NCBI GenBank assembly: GCA_913043205.1 | Contig: CAJWLF010000012.1 | Span: 7,101 to 71,100, forward strand | Reading direction: 5' to 3' | Origin: an uncultured Chloroflexota bacterium | GTDB taxonomy: Bacteria > Chloroflexota > UBA11872 > VXNJ01 | DNA: 64,000 nt | Shown here: positions 48,280 to 58,081 of the stretch, piece after piece | How positions within the stretch are numbered: position 1 is the first letter of the stretch | Layout of the letters: each line of letters begins with the position of its first letter | Program-made: the position numbers and the translations under genes | Notes under the pieces: generated by a model | Seen by the model: the letters and a program-made list of their open reading frames with translations, nothing else | What the model was told of the DNA's origin: nothing | Database searches by the model: none

Positions 48280-49308
48280 TTACTGGACGAGCACTCTTAA
48301 AGCAGAATGATATTTTTCTCTAAGCTTGTAATAGGATTCGTTGTTGCGTGATGGGTGCACGCGATTTGTTAACAAAACAACTGTCAAATTTAGTGTTGGA
48401 TCGATATAGATGGATGTGCCCGTAAATCCGGTGTGACCGAAAACAAAAGGGCCTGCACCTGGGTCAAACCCGAAACCTGAGCATGGATTCAGAGACCAGC
48501 CAAGACCTCTCCGAACTCCCAAGTGTGCGGTGTGATTGTAGGTCATACTTTCTCGTGATCTTGCGGATAGTATGTGAGGAAATTTCGTATCTTCCTTGGA
48601 TAGGAATAATTGGCAGTATTTGGTTAGGTCCGACACTGTCGAAAAAAGACCTGCATGTCCAGAAACTCCGCCCATCAAAAATGTTTTAGGGTCATGTACT
48701 TCTCCTTGAATTATCCCTCCTCGGCTAGGAATTAATTCTGTGGCTGCGCACTGTGCGACTTTGTCCTTGTCGGGGTTAAAGAAAGTCGCATTCATTCCTA
48801 ATGGTGCCAGTATCTGTTCACAGATAAATTGGTCTAGCATCAAATTAGATACTTTAGAGACAATTTCGCCTAGCAATATGAAGCCCAGATCGGTGTATAT
48901 CTCTCTGCTTCCCGCTGGTGCAACCAAAGGAGTGTTTACCGTCATATCGATAACCATTTCACGCGATTTGGCTACTTTTGATATTGAGGTGCGTGCAGGT
49001 AATCCTGACGAATGAGTCAGTAATTGGCGTATGGTCACTGCGTGCTTGCCAGGTCCATCAAATTGTGGCATTAACGATGATACCTTGTGATCCAGGCGGA
49101 GCTGCCCGTCTTCTACCAAGATCATTATCGCTGTTGCCGTGAACGATTTGGTTATCGAAGCTATGTCAAACAAGTGGTCATAGGTTACGGCAGATTTTAT
49201 TGGTTGGAGACAGGAGTGTCCGAAAGCAAATTTGAAAATAGTATCTCCATTAACTGTTACTTGCGATACTGCACAAGGTACAACGTTGCTGTCCACAGCA
49301 GTGCACAA
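48280..49308 (-). CDS. Serine hydrolase, class C beta-lactamase/PBP-like family
   Basis: SITKSF (SxxK) motif near the N-terminus; HTGFTG near the C-terminus. Confidence 0.8.
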   Translation of the reverse strand: MCTAVDSNVVPCAVSQVTVNGDTIFKFAFGHSCLQPIKSAVTYDHLFDIASITKSFTATAIMILVEDGQLRLDHKVSSLMPQFDGPGKHAVTIRQLLTHSSGLPARTSISKVAKSREMVIDMTVNTPLVAPAGSREIYTDLGFILLGEIVSKVSNLMLDQFICEQILAPLGMNATFFNPDKDKVAQCAATELIPSRGGIIQGEVHDPKTFLMGGVSGHAGLFSTVSDLTKYCQLFLSKEDTKFPHILSARSRESMTYNHTAHLGVRRGLGWSLNPCSGFGFDPGAGPFVFGHTGFTGTSIYIDPTLNLTVVLLTNRVHPSRNNESYYKLREKYHSALRVLVQ

Positions 49309-49325
49309 TAGTTTATTTATGCTGG

Positions 49326-49820
49326 TCAGGTTGTAGTTGATTGGCTACGCTCCGAACATGTTCGGGTGAACCGAAGAAGAAATTGTTCCTGTTCTGTTGA
49401 TTCAATGGCGCCAGGTCTAATTTGCCTGATGCGGTGGATAGCCTGAGTAGGAGCTAAGCCATTTGCTATCAGTGTTGCCCCAAGGATAAGACCGGTTCGG
49501 CCGTATCCGGCATAACAATGGACCAGAGTTTGAGATTCATCTTGTATGGCAGCACTAATGTAATCAATCGCCTGGAAAGCTTGAGCTTCGGTTGGCACCC
49601 CTAAGTTATCGATCGGGACGTGTAACGAGCTGAAGTTGTGAAGCGATAGAAGCTTCGGGTTGATGGGTTCTTCAGTCAATGTAATTATCGTGTTAAAACC
49701 GGCGCCCCGGAGGATCGGAAGATTGATGGCCAAGGATCCGTTTCTTCCAGGATGTGATCCCCCTGCAAGCTTTCCTGGAATTAACCAGTAATAATCCAAA
49801 ATCGACTGGGATGTATCCAC
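49326..49820 (-). CDS. Dual-specificity (Cys-based) protein phosphatase
   Basis: HCYAGYGRTG CX5R signature. Confidence 0.75.
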   Translation of the reverse strand: MDTSQSILDYYWLIPGKLAGGSHPGRNGSLAINLPILRGAGFNTIITLTEEPINPKLLSLHNFSSLHVPIDNLGVPTEAQAFQAIDYISAAIQDESQTLVHCYAGYGRTGLILGATLIANGLAPTQAIHRIRQIRPGAIESTEQEQFLLRFTRTCSERSQSTTT

Positions 49821-50172
49821 AAACCTACGCTCCTTACACTCCTATTGTTTTAGGCTACAAAATACATCACCGTGGTTTTTACCGGGATGACAATGTGGCA
49901 ACGGTTCGATTTGACTACACGTTACACATTGACCGTAAAGTTGGTCAGTGGTAAATTCGTGAGACCTGTCAACTAGTATGCCATCTCGAGGCATAATGTG
50001 TGGTGGGTTTCATCTTTATCTCCCAAATATGGATGATTTCTCGCGGCAGGACACGGTTTTTACCGTAGAGTTCTGGTTTTGCCGGGCTTGTGTTGGATCG
50101 AGGGAACGATCCTCTGAGCCGTATTGGCATCGTGGAGTAGTCCTCGGTGTCTGATGGAAGGAAGGTTGCTGA

Positions 50173-51279
50173 ATGGCTTCCTTGACCCTTGATGGAGTTA
50201 CCAAGCGATTTGGCGAGGTGACTGCTGTCAATAATGTAAACCTGGAGATCGAAGACCAAGAATTCTTGGTGCTTGTTGGTCCGTCAGGTTGTGGTAAGTC
50301 GACAACTTTGAGGCTGATAGCTGGTCTTGAGGAATTGACTGAAGGAAATATCCATATCGGTGATCGTTTAGTCAACGATGTTGCCCCTAAGGACAGAGAC
50401 ATTGCTATGGTTTTCCAGAGCTATGCTTTGTATCCTCACATGAGCGTCTATGACAACTTAGCTTTTGGGCTTAAATTGCGTAGGACTCCGAAAGAGGAAA
50501 TTGATAGACGTGTAACAGAGGCTGCTGAACTTCTAGCTATCGGTGAGCTACTTGATCGCAAACCTAAGGAGCTTTCTGGTGGACAACGTCAGAGAGTGGC
50601 TTTGGGACGAGCTATAGTTCGAGAGCCGAAGGCTTTCTTGATGGATGAGCCGCTGTCTAACTTGGATGCCAAGCTAAGGGTTCAGACACGTGCCGAACTT
50701 ATTCGATTGCACGAACGTCTTAAGACTACTGTCATATACGTTACTCATGACCAGATCGAAGCTATGACTATGGGTAGTCGTATCGCTGTTCTTCGGGACG
50801 GTGTTTTGCAGCAAGTGGGTTCCCCGCAGACTGTTTATGATCACCCATCCAACATGTTTGTGGCGGGTTTCATTGGTAGCCCTGCGATGAACTTCTTTGA
50901 CGCTAAGGTTACTGGCTCAGCTGATGATCTGAAAGTGGAAGTGTTGGGTGCGAGCTTATCTGTTCCCCCTGACAAACGTGCTGCTTATGCAGATCATGTA
51001 GGCAAGGATCTTATCTTCGGGATTCGTCCAGAAGATCTATGGAATCCCGATTTTGCACCCAGTGCTACAACTCAGGATCAGCGTGCTGTGGGTAGAGTGG
51101 ATGTTGCAGAGCCTCTAGGTTCCGAGATATATCTCTACCTTATCACTGGTGACGATACATATGTTGCCCGTGTCGATCCACGTACCCGGGTGAATCCAGG
51201 GACTGATTTTGAGATTGTGGTAGATATGAACAGAATGCACTTGTTTGACCCAATGACGCAAGAGGTTATTGGTAACTAG
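50173..51279 (+). CDS. Sugar ABC transporter ATP-binding protein (MalK/UgpC/MsiK type), no cognate permease nearby
   Basis: GPSGCGKST, LSGGQRQRVA and FLMDEPLSNLD motifs, with a C-terminal TOBE-like regulatory domain. Confidence 0.9.
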   Translation: MASLTLDGVTKRFGEVTAVNNVNLEIEDQEFLVLVGPSGCGKSTTLRLIAGLEELTEGNIHIGDRLVNDVAPKDRDIAMVFQSYALYPHMSVYDNLAFGLKLRRTPKEEIDRRVTEAAELLAIGELLDRKPKELSGGQRQRVALGRAIVREPKAFLMDEPLSNLDAKLRVQTRAELIRLHERLKTTVIYVTHDQIEAMTMGSRIAVLRDGVLQQVGSPQTVYDHPSNMFVAGFIGSPAMNFFDAKVTGSADDLKVEVLGASLSVPPDKRAAYADHVGKDLIFGIRPEDLWNPDFAPSATTQDQRAVGRVDVAEPLGSEIYLYLITGDDTYVARVDPRTRVNPGTDFEIVVDMNRMHLFDPMTQEVIGN

Positions 51280-51396
51280 TCGCTTTTGTTCCAGATTAGT
51301 TTGTTTTGAGGAGGGTCGGGGCCGAGTTGTAGGCCTCGACCCTCTCTTGTTTGAACCGAGAGTATGCGATGGAACTGATCACACAATGCAGGGGCT

Positions 51397-52431
51397 GTGG
51401 GATATCCTATTAGCGTGAATTCAAGAATACCGGTAATCATAGATTCTGACGGCGGCATTGACGATAGTGCTGCTTTGTGGTGGATGACGTCGTGTGGACT
51501 GTTTGAAATTGTTGCAATAACAGTAGTGTATGGCAATGTTCCTTTACGGCAGGCTGCAAATAACATAGTTGCTACTGTGCGGGCGGCCGGATTACAAGGG
51601 GTGCCTATAGCACTTGGAGCTGAATCATCTCTTGCAGCTAAACCTACAAAGGATCATGCAACTCATATTCATGGTGATAGTGGTCTTGGTGATCGACGTA
51701 TTGGCGAGCAAGGGTTTTCATACAGTACGGAAAGCGCATCCGATCTGATTGTACGGCTTTGTAGCGAGCGGCCTGGAGAGATATCGTTGCTTGGGTTGGG
51801 GCCAGCTACGAACATTGCATTGGCTTTGAGGCAAGATCACTACCTTGCTTCAAAGATTATGGATATGACCTATATGGGTGGAACGGTCTATCCGCCAGGA
51901 AATATAACTCCAGTAGCTACATTTAATGTAGGTAGCGATCCAGTGTCTGCTAAAGAGATGTTTGAAGCCGATTGGCAAAGGCCTCCACTGTTGGTTCCGT
52001 TCGACACCAGTATACGCTGTACTATGGGTTCTACTGAATTCGAGTTGGCTGATATAAAAATCACGGCAGCGGCTGAGTTTCTGGCGGGCCCATTGGCCTA
52101 CTATAGAGAAAGTACTCGTATGCAAATGCCTACAGAATCGAGAGGTAGTGAACTGGCCATCCATGACGCATTGACTGCAATGACATTAGCGTTTCCTGAT
52201 ATTGTCGAAGTTGAGCAATTGCCGGTGACAGTAGATGTTGGGGGTGATGCTGCTTGGGGGATGACAGTCGTGGACCATCGGGCTAAATCTACTAATCAAG
52301 TGACTTCCGGGGAACCGGATGGTCTCCATTATCGGACGCCGTTTAAGAAATCTATATGGAGACTAGCTATTAATGCAGACACCGAATTATTCAGGAAGAA
52401 TTTGCGAAAAATGTTTGGAGAATCTGAATAA
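51397..52431 (+). CDS. Inosine/uridine-preferring nucleoside hydrolase family protein
   Basis: VIIDSDGGIDDSAALWW (DxDxxxDD) motif. Confidence 0.85.
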   Translation: MGYPISVNSRIPVIIDSDGGIDDSAALWWMTSCGLFEIVAITVVYGNVPLRQAANNIVATVRAAGLQGVPIALGAESSLAAKPTKDHATHIHGDSGLGDRRIGEQGFSYSTESASDLIVRLCSERPGEISLLGLGPATNIALALRQDHYLASKIMDMTYMGGTVYPPGNITPVATFNVGSDPVSAKEMFEADWQRPPLLVPFDTSIRCTMGSTEFELADIKITAAAEFLAGPLAYYRESTRMQMPTESRGSELAIHDALTAMTLAFPDIVEVEQLPVTVDVGGDAAWGMTVVDHRAKSTNQVTSGEPDGLHYRTPFKKSIWRLAINADTELFRKNLRKMFGESE

Positions 52432-52489
52432 CGTATTTGAATTAGTCTCGTTCCGATTTTATGAAATATTTGGTTTTAGGAGATCATAG

Positions 52490-53626
52490 TTGGCTGTGAT
52501 AGGGCTGAATGCGATGATGCTGTTCACAGGTTCTGGCTATCGCAATGCCGGTGTGAGTCGTTATACACAGGAAATTGTGTCCCGTCTTGTGCAAACCAAT
52601 CATGATTACGTTCTTTTCCTAAATGGGGACGCACAAGAATTGCCCTTTGACATAGGGTCTAATTGTATAGTTCACAGAGGTTTTAAGGGTGCTGATAACC
52701 CATGGAAGCGTATAGCTTGGGAGCAAACTGTATTACCAGTTCTTGCTCGCCGATCCGGATTAGATATATTGCATTCTTTTCTCAATGTGTCACCTATACT
52801 TGATGGCACCGCCCAAGTATTGACTGTTCATGACTTGTCGTATGTCATGGTGCGTGAAGCTCATCCATTGAGGCGAAGGATGTATTTGCCTGTTATGAGT
52901 CGTCTGTCTATTCACCGCGCATCACGTATTTTTGCGGATTCCAATGCAACTCGAACTGATATAGCGGATCACTATGGAACGAATCCAAAGAAGATCGATG
53001 TGGTGTATCCGGGTGTCGATAAGGGAATGAGTCCACAGCCCGAGCACTTGATCGAGTCATTCAGGTCAGACAAAGGCTTACCAAATAATTTCATCCTTTA
53101 TCTTGGTACTATCGAACGTCGGAAGAATGTAGACATTCTTGTGCGTGCCTTTGCTCAACTTAGGCGTACAGACAGGTATAAAGGACACCTTGTGGTAGCT
53201 GGTGGGCGTGGTTGGGATTATGATGAAGTTGATCGTGCTGTACGGGAAGAAGGAGTTGAATCCGAGGTTATTTTTGTAGGGTTCGTTGCGGAAAGTGATA
53301 AAGCCATGTGGTACAACGCGGCCCGTGTACTGGTATACCCCTCCTCATATGAGGGATTTGGACTGCCCGTGTTGGAGGCTATGGCATGTGGCACCCCTGT
53401 AGTTACGAGCAACGTTTCTTCTATGCCGGAAGTGGCCGGCAAAGCTGCGGTTACTGTGTCTCCTGGCAACCCATGTGACTTGGCAGATGCTATTTTCAGC
53501 ATCACTGATTCACCGGAACGAGCGCAAAAAATGCGCAGTTTAGGCATAGAGCAATCGAGTAGGTTTTCTTGGGATAAAGCTGCTGAAAAATGTCTACTTG
53601 CTTACGAGGGAATTATCGAGTCCTGA
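52490..53626 (+). CDS. Glycosyltransferase family 4 (GT-B)
   Basis: YPSSYEGFGLPVLEAMACGTPVV (EX7E-type block). Confidence 0.85.
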   Translation: MAVIGLNAMMLFTGSGYRNAGVSRYTQEIVSRLVQTNHDYVLFLNGDAQELPFDIGSNCIVHRGFKGADNPWKRIAWEQTVLPVLARRSGLDILHSFLNVSPILDGTAQVLTVHDLSYVMVREAHPLRRRMYLPVMSRLSIHRASRIFADSNATRTDIADHYGTNPKKIDVVYPGVDKGMSPQPEHLIESFRSDKGLPNNFILYLGTIERRKNVDILVRAFAQLRRTDRYKGHLVVAGGRGWDYDEVDRAVREEGVESEVIFVGFVAESDKAMWYNAARVLVYPSSYEGFGLPVLEAMACGTPVVTSNVSSMPEVAGKAAVTVSPGNPCDLADAIFSITDSPERAQKMRSLGIEQSSRFSWDKAAEKCLLAYEGIIES

Positions 53627-55098
53627 TGAAATCAGATTTTACAGACCAAAAAGTAGACCATAGCGAGGGCGTGTTGATTACAAAAAGTTTGCGTCGCTAT
53701 GCCTGGCCTATTGCGATGATTACTGGAGATGCAATCGCGTTAGCATTAGCTTTTGTGGGGGCTCACATCTTGCGCTATGAGCTTCGTGTCGGACCGGACT
53801 TGACCCCATTTCAATACACTCCGCTGATTGGATATTGGCCTGTTGGACTCACATTTGGAATTGTTTACTTGCTGCTAATGGGTACTCATGGAGCGTATAG
53901 TAGTCGATCCTCAAGGGTCTTAGACGATGTGTCTAGAGTCCTGTATTCGTCCATCATAGCTACATCGGTCGTAATCATTCTATTCTTTTTGTTCAGGCCA
54001 GCTTTTTTCTCGAGATTAATGTTTGGCTATATGTTTGTCGGAGCTGTTATGAGTGTTGGGACATGGCGGTATGCCGTTAGATATTTAGCTTCCTGGCGAT
54101 TTCGTCGTGGACTGGATCTACAAAGGGTTCTGGTTATTGGGGGGGGTAGTGTCGCCAAGATGCTCATGCAGCAATTGGTGGCATCGTCTTCGACAGGATA
54201 TTTGCCTATGGGGTTTTTGGACCATCCTGGTGGGGACGGTCGCGATTTTGGTCGATTCAAACTATTGGGCATGGTGGATGAACTGAAGGAAATGATACTT
54301 ACTCATCAAGTAGAGAAAGTGTTTATTGCGCTACCGACAGCTTCCTCTGGAGCGTTGGCTGACTCGGTTCGAGTTTGCCGGGAGGCAGAGCTGGATTTCA
54401 CTGTGGTTCCTGATTTATTTGAACTTCAGGCTGGGCGGATTAGCACCGAAGAAGTTGCAGGGATTCCATTGTTTACATTGACTACGAATAGTATTTCAGG
54501 ATTCCGCGCTATACAGAAACGTGCATTAGATATCGTAGTGGCATGGACGGCATTGGTATTGTTGAGTCCTGTCATATTATTGACCGCTTTGGCAATTCGT
54601 GTGGATTCTCCTGGCAAAGTAGTGTTTGGCCAGACGCGAATTGGAAAAAATGGACAGCCGTTCAGGTTATGGAAGTTCAGATCGATGGTAGAGAACGCTG
54701 AGGATTTGCTGGAACAAATATATCCCGAATCTAGAGATGAGGTGCTTTTTAAAAGGGCTGATGATCAGAGGCGTACTCGGGTAGGCCGTTTTATTCGACG
54801 AACCAGTATAGATGAGCTTCCGCAGCTCCTGAATGTGCTACGTGGAGACATGAGTATGGTAGGGCCGCGTGCGCAGGTTCCCTCTGAAGTGGCTGCCTAT
54901 GACGAATTTGCCCACAATAGACTTCTGGTAACTCCTGGGCTAACAGGATTATGGCAAATTAGCGGTCGGAGCAATTTATCTTTTGATGAGATGGTTATGC
55001 TCGATGCTTATTACATAGGTCACTGGTCTCCAGGTCTGGACGTAAGAATATTGCTCCGTACCTTGCCGGCGGTGATACGAGGAGAGGGTGCATACTGA
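53626..55098 (+). CDS. Polyprenyl-phosphate glycosyl-1-phosphate transferase (WbaP/EpsB-type priming sugar transferase)
   Basis: Four or five N-terminal TM segments, an IGGGS nucleotide-binding-like loop, and a C-terminal bacterial sugar-transferase domain ([25 protein letters not shown]). I chose the ATG at 53626 (ATGA overlap with the upstream stop) rather than the ORF-track 53590. Confidence 0.9.
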   Translation: MKSDFTDQKVDHSEGVLITKSLRRYAWPIAMITGDAIALALAFVGAHILRYELRVGPDLTPFQYTPLIGYWPVGLTFGIVYLLLMGTHGAYSSRSSRVLDDVSRVLYSSIIATSVVIILFFLFRPAFFSRLMFGYMFVGAVMSVGTWRYAVRYLASWRFRRGLDLQRVLVIGGGSVAKMLMQQLVASSSTGYLPMGFLDHPGGDGRDFGRFKLLGMVDELKEMILTHQVEKVFIALPTASSGALADSVRVCREAELDFTVVPDLFELQAGRISTEEVAGIPLFTLTTNSISGFRAIQKRALDIVVAWTALVLLSPVILLTALAIRVDSPGKVVFGQTRIGKNGQPFRLWKFRSMVENAEDLLEQIYPESRDEVLFKRADDQRRTRVGRFIRRTSIDELPQLLNVLRGDMSMVGPRAQVPSEVAAYDEFAHNRLLVTPGLTGLWQISGRSNLSFDEMVMLDAYYIGHWSPGLDVRILLRTLPAVIRGEGAY

Positions 55099-55128
55099 GA
55101 TGGGCAAGCTAAATAAGATTTATGTGCC

Positions 55129-56256
55129 ATGAAGGTAGCGTTGGTTCACGATTGGCTCAATCAAATGGGTGGCGCCGAACAAGTATTACTTAAGCTTACG
55201 GAGCTCTACCCTGCCAGTCCGATATTCACTTCCATATATGATCCGGACCGGGTAGATAATCGGTTTCAAACGGAAGATGTCCGTACGGGATTTATTCAGT
55301 CACTACCAAAATCATCCAGTCTACACAGGTGGTATTTGCCTTTGTACCCGCTTTCTTTTGAGGGTACCCGAATTGATGGATATGACGCAGTAATTAGCAA
55401 CAGTAGTGCTTTTTGCAAAGGGGTTCGTACTGGTCCCAACACTTGTCATATATGTTACTGCCTGACTCCAACTAGGTTTGTTTGGAGCCCAGAAAACTAT
55501 TTGTTGCACGAAGATATTCCGGCAATGGTTCGTCCAATGATCAAGTTGATGCTTTCAGGATTGCGTCGATGGGATCTTGTTATGGCCAATCGTGTCGATG
55601 TGTTTGTTGCAATTTCCTCAGTCGTATCACAACGTATAAAATCCGCCTACGGTCGTGAATGCCGGATAATTTTTCCGCCTGTGGAAACCGGTAACTTTTA
55701 CTCATCCGAACAAAACGAGAATTATTTTCTGATTGTTTCCCGATTGGCCCCTTACAAACGCATAGATCTAGCTGTTCGCGCATGTTCTAGGTTGGGTGTC
55801 AGGCTTAAAGTTGCTGGTTCCGGGCGACAGATGAAGGAATTATGCAACATGGCTGGTCCTACTGTTGAATTCTTAGGTCGGGTTGATGATGATCAGCTAA
55901 AATCCCTTTTGTCCAAGTGTAAGGCTCTAATTTTCCCAGGTGAAGAGGACTTTGGCATCGTGCCTGTGGAGGCTCAAGCCTCTGGAAGGCCTGTAATCGC
56001 GTTTTCAGCGGGTGGTGCTTTAGACACAGTCTTGCCGGGAACTACAGGAGAGTTGTTTCATGAACCAGAGGTGGGGGCTTTGGAGGCTACGTTAAGCGAG
56101 TTTGATGATTCGAAGTATGTCCCCAGGCGTCTTCAGCAGCATGCTCGGCGATTTGACGAGAAGGTGTTTGCAGAATCTATGAAAGAATTGGTTTTAGAAT
56201 CGGTGTTGGAGCATCATCCGAACCCAGTCAGGTTAGGTGAGAACAATGTACGCTGA
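55129..56256 (+). CDS. Glycosyltransferase family 4 (GT-B)
   Basis: FPGEEDFGIVPVEAQASGRPVIA. Confidence 0.85.
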   Translation: MKVALVHDWLNQMGGAEQVLLKLTELYPASPIFTSIYDPDRVDNRFQTEDVRTGFIQSLPKSSSLHRWYLPLYPLSFEGTRIDGYDAVISNSSAFCKGVRTGPNTCHICYCLTPTRFVWSPENYLLHEDIPAMVRPMIKLMLSGLRRWDLVMANRVDVFVAISSVVSQRIKSAYGRECRIIFPPVETGNFYSSEQNENYFLIVSRLAPYKRIDLAVRACSRLGVRLKVAGSGRQMKELCNMAGPTVEFLGRVDDDQLKSLLSKCKALIFPGEEDFGIVPVEAQASGRPVIAFSAGGALDTVLPGTTGELFHEPEVGALEATLSEFDDSKYVPRRLQQHARRFDEKVFAESMKELVLESVLEHHPNPVRLGENNVR

Positions 56257-56920
56257 CAGGATGATTCGTGCTCTTGCGCGACGGTGGCTTTTTGTGATGG
56301 CAATACCTTTGATTGTTTCAGTAGTTACGGTGTCGCAGTCGTATTTTGATGGGATTACCTATCTGGGTCGAGCCGAAGTTTTGGTAGCTGCAAAGATCCC
56401 GTCCCAGTTTGAATCTAAATATGATGTCGAGATTAGCAGGACCACCGCGGCAGACTTTGTTGTGGATGACTTGCAGCGTATTGCTGGTGGAAGTGAATTT
56501 GCTGTATTGACAGCGGAGAAACTTAAAGAAGACGAATTGGATGTTGTCAACGTTGGATCGTTAGTAGGGATGATAGAGGGGAGGCGTTCCCATCGAGGGC
56601 TATCGTTAATCGTACGTCATTCTAACCAAAGGGAAGCGTTAGCTATAAGCCGTGCGGCGGCGACAGTGATGATTGAAGACATAGAATTGCTATTCCCTAC
56701 CGTATACCGATTGGCTTCAATAACAATAATCGATCTGGCGGTGGTTCCCGATAATCCGCAACGACTGAACGACATGATAAACCTTATTATTCGGTTTGTT
56801 GGCGCTCTTGGCGTATCTGCAAGTATCGCCATTCTCTGGGATAACTGGAGAGACAAGTTATATGCTGGTGATATTGAGGATGAGCTCGGGTTACGGCTAT
56901 TAGTGAAATTTGATGTATGA
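56246..56920 (+). CDS. Wzz/chain-length-determinant-like bitopic membrane protein (copy 1)
   Basis: N-terminal ALARRWLFVMAIPLIVSVV TM, a soluble middle and a C-terminal TM LIIRFVGALGVSASIAILW. The tail IEDELGLRLLV is like the linker that precedes BY-kinase domains. ATG 56246 preferred over GTG 56237. Confidence 0.5.
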   Translation: MYADRMIRALARRWLFVMAIPLIVSVVTVSQSYFDGITYLGRAEVLVAAKIPSQFESKYDVEISRTTAADFVVDDLQRIAGGSEFAVLTAEKLKEDELDVVNVGSLVGMIEGRRSHRGLSLIVRHSNQREALAISRAAATVMIEDIELLFPTVYRLASITIIDLAVVPDNPQRLNDMINLIIRFVGALGVSASIAILWDNWRDKLYAGDIEDELGLRLLVKFDV

Positions 56921-57540
56921 GCATGTCTAAAATAACTAATTTTGATCGTATTAAGCGTCGGTACTCTTGGCAGTGTCTCGGGTTGGTAGTGGGACTGATA
57001 TCTGGATTAATTATCGCAATACTTACTGTGTTTTTTACGGCTACCGAATATCGTGCTCGAGTAGAGGTGTCATTTTTGCCGACTGCCCCGGATCTGGGTG
57101 CTATCGAAGCCGCGGATCGGATAGCAGCGAATTATGGGGCAAGGGTGACAAGTCCTGCTTTTGCGGAATTAGTTCCGGTGGATCTGAGGGACGGTTTGTC
57201 TGCAAGGAACATTGCTGATTCTTCCTCGGCCCGCGCTATATCTAAAGAAGCGCGCTTGGTGATTGAAGTGGAAGCTAGGACTCGTGAGTCTGCAATGATA
57301 ATGGCTGATGCCTTGGCGAACTTGGTAGTTATGTCTGCGTCTAGTTCACTTTCACCAAATGCAGATGGGGTGGCGCTTCAGATAGGTATCATTGAGCCAG
57401 CGTGGTCTGGCAAGAATCCTGTTCGGCCAAATATTGGATGGGCCTTGCTCGCAGGCAGTCTGTTTGGTGGTATCGCTGGTTTAGTAGTGGGGCAGTCGAT
57501 GTTTTGGTTGAGACAGCATGTCGAGGGTTTTGATGACTGA
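56917..57540 (+). CDS. Wzz/chain-length-determinant-like bitopic membrane protein (copy 2)
   Basis: Same topology: TM LGLVVGLISGLIIAILTVFF ... TM WALLAGSLFGGIAGLVVG. ATGA overlap with the upstream gene. Confidence 0.45.
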   Translation: MSMSKITNFDRIKRRYSWQCLGLVVGLISGLIIAILTVFFTATEYRARVEVSFLPTAPDLGAIEAADRIAANYGARVTSPAFAELVPVDLRDGLSARNIADSSSARAISKEARLVIEVEARTRESAMIMADALANLVVMSASSSLSPNADGVALQIGIIEPAWSGKNPVRPNIGWALLAGSLFGGIAGLVVGQSMFWLRQHVEGFDD

Positions 57541-58081
57541 TCTTGCTGCTAATCGATTATATGGAATTCTATTTGGGTCCCTGGGAATTCAAAAAGCACA
57601 CTCCGTCATGCTTGTTGAACTGTCAGATCATGAATCCACGACTAGAATAGCCGGTGGTTTGTCACAAGCTATCGCATCCCACGGTAATCGAGTATTGCTG
57701 GTAGGAATCAACGATATTGACAATGCAAAGAGAAGATCTTTCGGGGCGATGGAAGTCGGTGGTGCAGTCGAGCCGGGTTGCATATATCCGACTGGGTTAA
57801 CTAAGACTTCGTTTGAGGATGTGGACTATGTCGGATTCGACATGTCTAAGTATTCTATTGATGAGTTGTCGAATTACTTGTTGGCCACGGTTGATGCAGG
57901 TGTTTCTGTGGTTGCCGTAGCTCCATTAGACAGTGCCGCCCTAGTGAGTTCTGTGTGTGAAGCTACAGTGATGATGATTACTCACGGCGAGACTAGTCGT
58001 TCTTTATCCAAGCAAGTTGTCCAAGATTTAGAGGTCGCAAATGCTAATGTGGTTGGGGTAGTGTCGGCAAAGTTACGCTGA
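57518..58081 (+). CDS. BY-kinase (CpsD/CapB/Wzc C-domain)-like protein lacking Walker motifs
   Basis: Collinear with the MinD/ParA-type BY-kinase fold (VMLVELSDHESTTRIAGGLSQAIASHGNRVLLVGIN ... VSVVAVAPLDS ... TVMMITHGET ... NVVGVVS). GKS/T is absent where Walker A should be, and there is no C-terminal Tyr cluster. Confidence 0.45.
   Translation: MSRVLMTDLAANRLYGILFGSLGIQKAHSVMLVELSDHESTTRIAGGLSQAIASHGNRVLLVGINDIDNAKRRSFGAMEVGGAVEPGCIYPTGLTKTSFEDVDYVGFDMSKYSIDELSNYLLATVDAGVSVVAVAPLDSAALVSSVCEATVMMITHGETSRSLSKQVVQDLEVANANVVGVVSAKLR

Noticed and set aside
49978-50154. 58-codon ORF (MPSRGIMCGGFHLY...) filling the spacer before the ABC ATPase
   Set aside because: It has no Shine-Dalgarno, an odd composition and falls below the track threshold. 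It ends 18 nt before the ABC start, so a leader-peptide role cannot be excluded, but nothing supports it.
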